Positions 12,871 to 23,810 of a stretch of 64,000 bases of DNA are shown here, piece after piece (within the stretch, counting starts at the first letter, position 1; each line of letters opens with the position of its first letter). The position numbers and the translations under genes are program-made. Source of the DNA: Cyanophora paradoxa CCMP329 (Eukaryota > Plantae > Glaucophyta). The notes beneath the pieces are model-generated. The model did no database searches, had not been told where the DNA came from, and saw only the letters and a program-made list of their open reading frames with translations. The DNA lies in contig QPMI01000071.1 in NCBI GenBank assembly GCA_004431415.1, positions 477,554-541,553 of the forward strand, written 5' to 3'.

Positions 12871-13788
12871 CTAGAGGAAAGCGCGAAGTGGAGGGAAGTG
12901 GCGGACGGCCGGGCAGCGGCAGGCGGCGGTCACGAGGGGTCGGCGCCGGCCGCGGCGAGGCGGGGGCGGAGGCGGCGGGGGCGTCGGCCCGGGAGGCGGC
13001 GAGGAGGTCGCCGAGTCGGGCGGGGAGGCGGCCGGCCCGGGCCCGGGGGGCGGTCGAGGTCCAGGCCCGGAGCGCGTGCGAGGGACTGGGGGGCGCGCGG
13101 CGTCGCCGGAACGCGCGGCTGGCCCAGTGGCGCCCCCGGGAGGCTCAGCGTGGAAGCCCTCGGCCTTGCAACTGGCCTGCGGGCCGCGCACGTGCACGCG
13201 AGCCGCTGAGTTGCCGGGGGCGCGGGGCGAGGAGGCGCTCGCTCACCTCGTCCGAACCTGACGGAGCGCTTCGGATGGGCGCCGGCGGAGAGCGTGGAGA
13301 GGGCCGGGGGCGTTCTGTCAGCGCGCGGGGCGCGCGGATATCGATCCGGAGAGCTCGAGGCGCCGCGCGCGGCGCCTCGCGCGAACGTGGCGCGCGGCTC
13401 GCGGAGCGCACTGTAGAGCATCGCCGTCGTGCCTTTTCTGCGCGCTGCCCTGCGGCCGCGCACGGGCACGTAACCGCGCGCGCGCGCGTCAGATCAGGGC
13501 AATGCGGCGCGGCCGCGCGCGGGCAGCGCGCGCGGCGCGGGCAGTGGCCGCACCAGACTGTGAGGCTGCAGCTGGGCGTTCGGAGAGTTCGGGTTGAGCG
13601 GCACGGGGCGGCCGCCCGCGACTCCGCGCTAGGTCGCGCGCGAAGACACGAGCGAAGCAACCGGCATAGCGTTGAACGGCGCTGCTTTCTTTGCACTGGG
13701 CTCGCGCCGGCCTGCGCGGAGTGCGGCATAAACCCGCAGACCGTGCCAGCTGCAGTCGGCTTGGATGCGAGCCGCGGTGGCTAGCCAT
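12871..13788 (-). CDS. Possible small spliced hypothetical gene divergent from ABC-F
   Basis: Minus-strand donor/acceptor pairs in the local style (gtgcgg, gtgcgc, gtgagc; cgcag) and C-rich sense strand. No recognisable protein; start and frame uncertain. Confidence 0.3.
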
Positions 13789-13834
13789 AGCCGGCGCCGG
13801 GAGCGGCTTGACAAAGAATCCGCGTCGAAGATCG

Positions 13835-16800
13835 ATGGCCTTCGCGCTCGGTGCGGCAATGCACTGCGCCTCTCAGACATGAGAAGTTCTGACCTGATGC
13901 GCACGCGCAGCCCCGCCGGTCGCTCGGCCTCGTGCCACCAACGCGCTGCAGCTGCAGCCCGTGCATGTGGGGGCCGCCTGCCGGGCAGCTGCGGTCGCCG
14001 CGGCACCGAGTCCGGCTCCGCACAATGCCGGCGGGCGCACGTTCTCGCTGCGGCCGGCGCGGGCGTTCAACGCGGTCGGCCGCGGCTGGCGGCTGAGCAT
14101 CTCGGCCCTGCCCAGCGTGCGGGGCCCGAGCGTGGTTCAGATTCGGCCTCTGGAGATCAGCGCCGCTCAGAGTGCGCCCCGCCGCAGCGCCCCGCCGCCG
14201 GCAGCTAGACCGCGACACTGCTCGCCCCGCCTGCGCTGACCGCACGCGCGCACGCCTCGCAGTCGCGCTTGACAACATTCTTAAGCGGTGCGCTGTGCGA
14301 CGCGCCTCGCCCGCGGCGTCCCGCTGACCGCGCGCCGCCGCTTCGGGCGCGCCGCCCGCAGCTATCCCGGCGTGGACCTGCTCGAGGACGTCTCTGTCGC
14401 CCTCAAGCCCGGCATGCGGCTCGGTCTCGTCGGCCCCAACGGCGCCGTGCGTGCAGCCCCGCCCGCTCGCCGCGCCCCACCGCGGCTCTCCCCGCCCGGC
14501 CCCGCCCCGCCCTTGACCCCGGGTACGCGCAGGGCAAGTCTACCCTCATCAAGATCATCATCGGGTACCCCACCTGCGCTCCGGGGTACGCCGTTTCTCA
14601 CCCGGCGCAGGGAGATCAAGCCGGACGCGGGTAGCATCACCAAGGAGCGCGGCCTTCGCATCGGGTACCTCCCCCAGGTCCGCACGGTTTGCTGTATCCC
14701 CCCCGGCACCCGAGTCCGAGCGCGTATCTCTCAGGACCTGCCGACGGAGACGAGCGACCGAAGCATCCTCGATGAGGTCATCTCCGGCGTCGGCATCCTC
14801 GAGGCGCGCCCGTACCCCTCCCGATAAGCGTACCCCCCCGATACTCATTTTCCCCTGCAGGAGGTGGAGGCCGAAATGATCAAGGTACCGCGTATCCCCC
14901 CGATGGCTCCCCCTCCCAGCCGACGCCCCCGGGGTACAGGTCAGTCACGAGATCGCGGAGCGGCCCGACGACAAGAAGCTCTATAACCGCCTCTCAGAGC
15001 TCCAGGTACCCCCCGCCCCGCCCCGCCCCGCCCCCCACCCCCACCCCACCTCACGAATCCCGGTACCCCCTCCCCCAGCACGACTTCGACCGGCTGCAGG
15101 GGATGAACCCGCGGGGCCTCGCGGAGCGCATCCTCCTCGGCCTCGGCTTCAAGGTCCCGTACCCCCCTCCCGCGCCTCCTCCCCCCCTCAGCCCTACTGC
15201 AGCCCTCGGAGCTCGAGATGCCCGTCAGCAAGTTCTCCGGCGGCTGGCGCAGTGCGCCCGCACCCCCCTTCCCCCATACCCCCCGCCGCCACCCCCCCCC
15301 CCCCCGACGCCCCCCCTGCAGTGCGTGTCTCGCTCTCGCGGCTGCTTCTGATGGAGCCCGAGCTACTGATCATGGACGGTACGCGCCCCTCGCTCATGGG
15401 GTTCTAGTGGCTAGCGCACGGCGCGGCCCACCCCTATAGATAGATAGCTAGCGCACAGCGCGGCTAGTAGCTCGCCCACCCCCCCGATACACTATATAGT
15501 TCTATATAGTTCCCACCCCCGCGCAGCGCACGTTCTTAGATACACTATAGCTCGCCCAACCCCCGCCTGAACCCCCCCCCCCCCCCCCCCCCCCGCTGCT
15601 CATCATGGACGGTCCGCGCCCCTCGCTCATGGGCTTCTAGTACCCTCCCGGCCTGCCCCGCCCCGCGGCGGCCCGGTCCCGCCCGACTCTTAGATACACT
15701 ATAGCTCGCCCAACCCCTCCGTCTGACCTCCCCCCCCTCCCCCCCCCCCCCCCCCTCCCGTAGTGGGATGGGATTCTAGTAGCGCACGGCGCGCCGCGCA
15801 GCCTAGAGCGCGGCGCGCGGCCTGCAAGCCGCCTGACCCTCCCTCTCCCGCCTCCTCTCCCCAGAGCCGACGAACCACCTGGACCTGGAGGCTCTAGTAC
15901 CTCTAGTACTCTAGGGACTCTAATAAAATCTCCCGGGCCTGCCCCGCCCCGCGGCGGCCCCGCCCCGATACACTATTTAGCTCGCCCCCCCTCCCCCCCC
16001 CCCCCCCGCTGACCCCCCCCCTCCCCCCCAGAGCCGACGAACCACCTGGATCTGGAGGCGTGCATCTGGCTCGAGTCGTTCCTCTCGGAGTGGAAGGGCG
16101 CCCTCCTCCTCATCTCCCGTCCGCCCCGCCCCGCCCCGCCCCGCCCGCCCCGCCCTGAAGGCTTCTAAAATTCTAGCGGCTTCGCCCCTTCTAAAATACT
16201 TCTAGGCTTCTAACGGCCTCTAAGCGACGGCCTGCCCCGCCCCGCCCCGCCCGCCCGCCCCCTCCGCTTCCCTCCGCTTCCCTCCGCCTCTTACGATTGC
16301 CGTACCCCCCCCCCCACCAGACGACCGGGCGTTCCTGAACAAGTCCGTCAACTACATCGCCGAGCTCGAGCGCGGTGCGCAACGCCGCCCTGCGATGGCC
16401 CGGCCGCGCCCATTGCGCCGTGCCGCGGCGGTCACGCTCTATTCCCTTCCCGTCCGCCCCGTTCCGCTCCGCCTGCTCTGATCCACCGTCGCTGCGCGCA
16501 GGCAAGCTTACACTCTACACCGGCGACGTGCGCCCCCCCCCCCCCCCCCCCCCCAACGCTCCCCACGCTCCCCACCCCACGCTCCCCGCCCCGCCCGCTC
16601 CTGCCCGACGTTTAATTTGCCCCCTTCACCGGCAGTTCGACAAGTACGAGGAGACCAAGTCCGCCCGGAGGGTACGGAAAAGAAGGGGGAGGGGGGGGAA
16701 AAGGGGGGAAAAGGAGGGGGCCGAGCCGAGGATCGAGGCCCTGAGGCTCCGAAAAAAAGGGGGGGGGGAGGGGGGGGTCCGGGGCCGAGGCCCGGATCTT

Positions 16801-19800
16801 AAGCGTACCCCCGCGCGGGGCCCGTACCTTGGTCGCCCCTCGTCGCCCCTCCAGCCGCGGCTCCGAGGCTCTGAGGCCCGGATCCTCGTCGCCGCGCGCA
16901 GGCGCAGGTGGAGGCGACGGCGGCGGCGCAGCAGCGCGCCATCGAGAAGAAGGAGGCCCACATCGAGCGCTTCAAGTCCGTCCCTCCGCCCCTCCCCCGC
17001 CGCCGCGCCCTCCCTAGGCTCGGCTGGGGGCCCGCCTCCCGCCCACCCGCACACCCTCCGTTTCTCCGCGGGATTAGTGTTCCCCATTGCCGCGTTCCCC
17101 GATTAGTGTTAAGGGAAGCTAGAAGCGAAAGGGGACGCCGCCGCCTACCCTCCCCCCCTCCCCTTCCCCCCCCTCCCCTCCCCCCCCTTACGACTCCTCC
17201 CCAGGGCGAAGGCGGCGTTCGCGAAGGGCGTGCAGTCGCGGATCAAGCAGCTCGAGAAGATGGAGCGCGTCGCCATCCCCACCGACGACCGCAAGGCGAG
17301 CGCGCGCGCGCGCGCGCTCTGTCCAAGCCGTCCGAGTCGTCTGAGCGGTCTGAGCGGCCGTCTGAGCGGTCCGAGCGCGGGCGCGCGCGCAGGCGATGAA
17401 CATGTGGATCCCGCAGCCGGCCAGGGCGCCCCGCGTCGTCATGGCCCTCCGCAACATCTCCAAGGCCCAGCCCCGCCCCCGCCCCCCCCCCCCCCCCCGC
17501 CCCGCCGCCCCGCCGCCCCCAGCGAGAGGGAAACCGATAGGATAGAGAGGCCCGGCCCCGCCCCCGCTGCCCCCGCCACCCCGCCCCGCCGCCCCGGGGC
17601 CAGTCCCGAGGGAGAGCGAGAGGGAGGCCGATAGGATAGAGAGAGACACCGCCGGCTGCGGCCCCCCCCTCAGTCTCGCCGTCCCGGCGCCCCGCCGCCC
17701 TTCCCTGCCCCGCGGCTGACGCGGGCGCGGGGGGCGCAGGCCTTTGGCGAGAAGGTCATCTACAAGGGTGCGCCGCCCCCGGATCCCCGCCCTCCTTCCA
17801 GCCAGCTCTCCCGCCCGGCTCCGCCCCGCTCGGCTCGAGAAATAGACGATTCCCCCTCCCAGCTCCCCCGCTCTGCTCCGCTCTGCTCTGCTGGCCTTCA
17901 GAGCGGGGACGATCGCGATAGAGGATCAGCCTTGCTGCCCTTGCTCCTCCGAGCGCGCGCGCTGAGGGCGCCGTTCAGACCAGACGCTGGAGATCGAGCG
18001 GGGCCAGAAGGTCGGCCTCGTGGGCCGCAACGGCGCCGGCAAGTCCACCCTCCTCAAGATGATGACAAAGGCACGCCCACCCCCCCCCCTCCTCCTCCTC
18101 CCCCCCCCCCATCCCCTCCCCTGCTCCTGACGTACCCTCCCCGCAGGACCTGAAGCCGGACGAGGGGCGGGTGGTGTACGGCGAAGGCGTCGACGTCTCC
18201 TACTTCTCCCAGCACCAGCAGGCCCGCCCCGCCCCGCCCCGCCCCACCTGCCCCTGCCCCGCCCCGGCCCACCTCGCACGCCCGGCTCCTTTAGCTGGCT
18301 AGAGGTAGGGCTAGAGTTGGAGCCAGAGCCCCGCCCCTCGCGCTAGAGCGCGCGCGCTACGAGTTGCACCCAGGCCCCTACCGCCCGGCCCCGCCTTGCC
18401 CCGCCCCGCACGCTAGAGCGTGCGCGCTGCGAGATGCATCCTAGTCCCACTCTCGCGCCCCCTCGCGCCCCCGCGCGCCCCCTCGCGATCGTGCCTGCTG
18501 ACCGCCGCTGCAGGAGGCGCTGGACGGGAACAAGACCGTCGTCGACACCATCCAGGCGAGCCCCGTCCCCGCCTCAACCCTCAGAGAAATAGGGTGTAGA
18601 AGGGCTGGCGAGCTCCGTCCCCGCCCCGCCCCGCCCCCGCCCCGCCCCGCCCCCGCCCAGCAAGCACGCTAGAGCGCGCTCCAGGCGAGCCCCCCGTCCC
18701 CACCAGAGCAGCGCCTGCGGGGGGCGTCGGCTCCCGCTGCAGCCCTCCCTCGCCCCGGCCCCCCTCCCCGCCCCCCTCCCTCGCTGACGGGCCGCGGGGG
18801 CGGGCAGGACGTGGTGACGACGTGGGACGGGACGAAGATCCGCTCCTACCTCGGCGGCTTCCTCTTCCAGGGCGATGACGTGCGCCCCGCCCCGGCCCCG
18901 CCCCGCGGCCCCGCTCGGCTGTAAAAGGGCGGGATACAAAGCCACATGAGCGAATGTAGTGGGGGCGGCTTTATACCCTCCTATATCCTCCCATATATCC
19001 TCCTTTATATCCAGGGCGACGACGTGCGCGCCGCTTAACTCTCAGAGAAATAGCCTAGTAGGTTGTTTCATAGGGGCGAGCTTGATGGGCGGCCCCGCCC
19101 CGCCCGCCCGCCCGCCCGAAATAGGATGTTTGAGGGCAGGGTTTTGATGGGCCGGCCCCCAGCCTAGTCTCCACGGCCCCGCCCCGCACCGCCCCGCCCT
19201 GCCCCGCCTGACCCGCGCCCGCGCCCGCCTCCCCCGCCCCGCCCCGCGCCTTCAGGTCTTCAAGAAGGTCCGCGCCCCCCCCCCCCCCGCCTCGCCCCCC
19301 CGCCTCGCCCCCCCCCAGACGCTTCGTTCGCAGGTGATGGTGCTCTCCGGCGGCGAGAAGGCCCGCCTCGCCTTCGCGAAGCGCGCCCGTACCCCTCCTC
19401 CGCCCCCCTTCCGTCAGCCGCCGGCTAATTATAGCCCGCGCGGCAGGATGCTGGTGAAGCCGTCGAGCCTCATCCTCCTCGACGAGCCGACGGTCCGCCC
19501 CCGGCCCCGACCCCCCCGGCCCCTCTCCCCCGAATCCGTCGCCTCGAGCTCAAGCCCCCCATTGCTCCCCGCAGAACCACCTCGACATGGAGAGCTGTGA
19601 CGGCACGCCCCCCCCCCCCCCCCCCCCCCCCCGGCCCGCCCCCCGCAACCCCGCAAGCCTCGCTGAAGGCCCCGTCCGCCCCGCCGCGCAGTGATCGAGA
19701 AGGCCCTCTCGGCGTACGAGGGGACCCTCGTCGTCATCTCCCACGACCGGTGCGCCGCCCCGGGTTGGATCTAGATCCAGGGACCGAGAGGCAAAGGAAA

Positions 19801-21015
19801 GGCCAGGATAAATATGCCGGCTGGAGGCCGGAAGATGAAGCCAAGGGCCAAGCAGAGTACGATCCGTGGCGAATATACGAAGCGATCCGTGTCGCTGTGT
19901 CGCCGCCCTCTCGCCTGGCGCCGGCCGCGGGCTCTGACGGGGCCCCCCCGCCGGCCCCGACGGGCAGGCACTTCCTGGGGGCCATCGCGAACCGCATCGT
20001 CGAGACCGAGGACGGCCAGATCGTCGACGTGCGCCGGGTCCCGCCCCCGGCCCCCGGCCCCCGGCCCGCCCTTGCCGGCTCCGATCCCTTCAATCTGGAG
20101 TTTTCTGGACCCCCCCTCCCCCCTCCCCTCCCACACCCTCTTGCCGGCCGCGGCGCCTTTCGATATTCTCTGACTCGGACCTGTTCGTGCAGTACCCCGG
20201 CGGCTACGACTACTACGAGCTCAAGAAGGCCATCATCCGTGCCCAGCTCGCCAAGGTCCGCCGCCCCTACCCCCCGGGAGCGCCCCGGTACCCCCGCAGG
20301 GCGCGTCCGAGCCGGTACCCCCCGCAGGAGATTGCGGACAGCCTGGCGGCGAAGGAGGGCGCAAACGGCGCCAAGGCCGCCGCCCCCGTCCTCAAGCCCG
20401 GCGTCTCCCCCGAGCAGGCGCGCCGCTGTAAACCCCGCCGCCCAGCGGCCCGTAGCCCCTGCCTGCGATGACGTTTACACTGAAGCGCCTGGCATAAGAA
20501 AGCGCCCACGATATACAACTTTTATACATATATGAAGATGTTATATCTGTCCTAGTATGCTTAGATGCTTGAAATCAATATATTATAAACTCTGACAACT
20601 CGCGGCAGGCGAAGAAGAACCGCGAGGCGGAGGCGAAGCGGCTCAAGAAGACCATCGCCAAGCTCGAGAAGGACGTCAAGAAGGCCCGCCCGCGCCGCGC
20701 CTCCGCGCCCTCGAAATAAGAAAGCCGTCGCCCTTTTTTGACCGAGCTCCGCTTCCTCTCTTCGCCTCGCAGGATGGCCTCTCGGCGGAGAAGCGCGCGG
20801 ACGCGCAGCAGAAGCTCGACACGGCCCGCGCGCAGGCAAGTCTGATAGCCTCAAGTTGTTCGTTGGCGAGTTACTGGCCATGGTTCGCTGAGCGACGCCG
20901 GCCCGGCCCGGCGCGCTCGCAGCTTGCGGAGAACGAAGCGGCGACGGCGGCGGCGGCGGCGGCGGAGGCGGAGGGCGCCCTGCAGTCCGCGATGGCCGGC
21001 GCCGGCTCCCGATGA
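13835..21015 (+). CDS. Plastid-targeted ABC-F family ATPase (two ABC domains, no TM), about 35 exons
   Basis: MAFALAPP transit peptide; [41 protein letters not shown]; second domain [48 protein letters not shown]; C-terminal coiled coil. Confidence 0.95.
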
Positions 21016-21402
21016 GGCGCCCGCGACCCCGCCCGCGGCCCGAAGTTCTCAACTTGATCATCAGATATCATGTTAGTGCAATTTGAGCTCGAGCGCACTC
21101 TGTGCTGGTGCTGTGTCAACGTTATGCTGCCTCGCCATGGCCAGCTGCATGCAGGCCGGTGCGGCCCCGGGCCCTGGGTGGATAATTGGGCAAGAGTTGG
21201 CTCTAGTTTGGAGTTATTATTTATTAGAGCCTGCAGAAACCGCTAGCCTCGGGCAATATTAAATCCAAGCGCTTAGCTGGCGCTTAGCTAGCGCTGCATG
21301 CAGGCATGCGCAGTCGCGATCGACAGCGCTAGCAGAGATTAATTATATCGCAAGCGAGGATCGCAATCGCAACGCACTCTCGTGGTTTCAGCTAGGAGAC
21401 TA

Positions 21403-21734
21403 AGCGATTCAAAGCAATGCATATGGGAGACTGCGGGGAAAAGGCTACTAATTTACATCCTACTTTAGAGCGATTCAAAAGCAATGGGAGACTGCGGGAA
21501 GAAGACGACGAGCGGTCACTCATCGCCGTCAAACCCGTCGCTTACCTAGAGCTAATTAATATGCAAGTGCCTCGGCTCTCGACGTGACGTCGCAAAATAA
21601 ATCGGCAGGACATTATAGTTATATTAGAAACAGGCGGCAAGAATCGCATCGCATCGCCCCTTCAGACTTGCAGCTAAGAAGGTATTTACATCCTAATTTT
21701 AGAGCGAGGCGAAAGCGATGGGAGACTGCGGGAA
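21403..21734. repeat. About 50-bp dispersed direct repeat x3
   Basis: (ATTTACATCCTA..TTTAGA)GCGA..AAAGC(A/G)ATGGGAGACTGCGGGAA at about 21403, 21451 and 21684. Confidence 0.8.
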
Positions 21735-21800
21735 CAACGCGGGCCTCCTCCCCGAGGCTCCGCGCTTTTAATTCCGCGGGCCGCGTTCACCGCCCCGCAG

Positions 21801-22571
21801 CGGGGCGGCCATGGGCGCCGTGGCGCAGATTTTCCTGGTGTACGTCTTCAGCAAAAAGTTCCTGCAGAGGCGGCACGGGCTCAAGGCGGTAGAGACCCTC
21901 TCGGACCTTAGCCTCGAGGAGCTGGAGAAGACGCCCGCCGCGGCCTCGCCGCCGTGTCGCGCGCCCGGCTTCGCGCCTAGGCCTGCGTCGACGTCGAGAA
22001 GGCGGCCGTCCCTGGCCGCGGGATTCCCTTTGGACGGCGATGCGACTAGCCTAGTAGGGCTTCACCACAGCAAGCCCCACCCCGACCCCAACCCCCAGCT
22101 CCGAGCTTGATCCACACCCGCTCCCGCTGCGCCCCGCGCGGCGGAGCGCGCAGGGCGGACCCGCCGCCTCTCGTCCCCTCATCGGTGACGTCCGCTTCCG
22201 ACGAGGCCGCCGCAAGCGCTGCCGCAAGCGCCGCCCCAGCCGCGGCCGCGGCGCGCGGGCGATCCCGCCCCCGCGTCAATTCCGTCGCGGGCCGCGGGGC
22301 GAGCTAGCCTCACTCGAGCTCGAGCGCCGCGGCCGCGGCCGGCCGCGCAGCTGCGCCCGTCAGCATCCCCTCGAGATCGGCCGCAGCGTTGGACGGCGAC
22401 GCGAAGCCCCACACACAGATCGATATCGAGGCGCGAAATCTCTCCCCTTTCTGGCGGGGCGGCATCGATGACGCGGCCGAGCTCGAGGCCGGCGCCCACG
22501 GCCGTGGCCATGGGCAGCCGCCCTCCTCGAGCGCTGGCGCCCCCCTCAATTGCAATATTTTCTTCATCTAG
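21801..22571 (+). pseudogene. Possible orphan 3' exon(s) of a membrane protein
   Basis: Acceptor ccgcag then GAAMGAVAQIFLVYVFSKKFLQRR (hydrophobic helix followed by basic residues) and a low-complexity tail. No upstream exons found. Confidence 0.25.
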
Positions 22572-23810
22572 TTCTGGTTTCGTTTTCATGTGAATAATAA
22601 AACGCATACGTATTCACTCGTTTTCGGCCTTGGGGAAAGGAGAGGCCCTTAGGTCTGTTGGTCACTTGTCACAAAATTTTAGAAAGGGAAATTCGTATAT
22701 TTGAAGACACCTTCTACCCCATTTTAGACTCTGGGGAGCACGATGGTCCGGCCCGTTTTCCTATGGAGGCCTCTAATGGGCAGTAACAGCACGTCGAAAA
22801 GCACAGAAAAGCATTTTCCAGGAAAAACATTGAAAGCGCAAATCACATTGGCCTTCCAAGTCGAAATTTGAAAATTATTAATTTGAAGAGACCGCACCCC
22901 ATTCGCTAGGAAATAGTCTCCAAATTAAAGGAGCCCCATGTGGCCGGCCAGCAAATTTGTATGAGTCAGGGTCGTTGTGTGCCACGAGGTGGGTTTTAAA
23001 TATACTTAATGCGTTAGTTGAAAGATTATCAAAATAAACAATTTAGACAGAACCTTATTACTGCGAATTACATTCAAATGATTCATAGATAATTATTAAC
23101 CACCTCCAAAAAGCGCCGAAAGTCGTTTTCATTCAGCTGAGACGACCAATATTTAATCGGCCCCTCGGGGCCTGTACTCGGTACAATTGCGGCCGATTGG
23201 GCCCCGCATCGATATCTGTACCCTTGCGGCACAATTCTGTACCCTCTCACTTGAGTGTGGACCCTTGCCGAGTGGACCTCCCTGTTTCTCCTCCCCCCTC
23301 CCCCGTAACCGCGCGCGGTTGCGGGCCCCCGTTTAAAAACAAAGAGCTGCCACCCTCACGCCTTGAAGCCCCAAGACCCAAGGCCACTCCTGCTCCGCAG
23401 GGACTCGCTTGTCTGGCAACGTTGCGGCCACCACCGCCGGCCGGCGCCACGTTCGAATTTCGAAGTGGTAGAGTCGTGAGCAGAATGCACGTGGCCATAT
23501 AGCCATCATGGCATTCAATGATTGCCGCAAAATGATCTTGATTGAACGCTTTCAAGAGAGCAGAGCAAGATTGAGAGCAGAGGCCGCGCGCGGCCATGCG
23601 CGACTCCCGTTGTTTGCACGAGTCATAAATAAATGGTCTAGATAGGTGGCACTACTAAGCCTTATCATTGGAGTGGCAGCTTATGACGCTGCTTAATCGA
23701 ACAGTCTTAAGCTAAATGGAAGAGGCCTCGCAAACAGCGCAGCCGAACAGAAAATCCGAAGACGCCCCGAAAGTTTGCAGCTGAAGCGGGCTCGACGGCT
23801 GCGGGCGCGG

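Noticed and set aside
23197-23597. ORFs of 101-116 aa
   Set aside because: No motifs, splice structure or codon bias.
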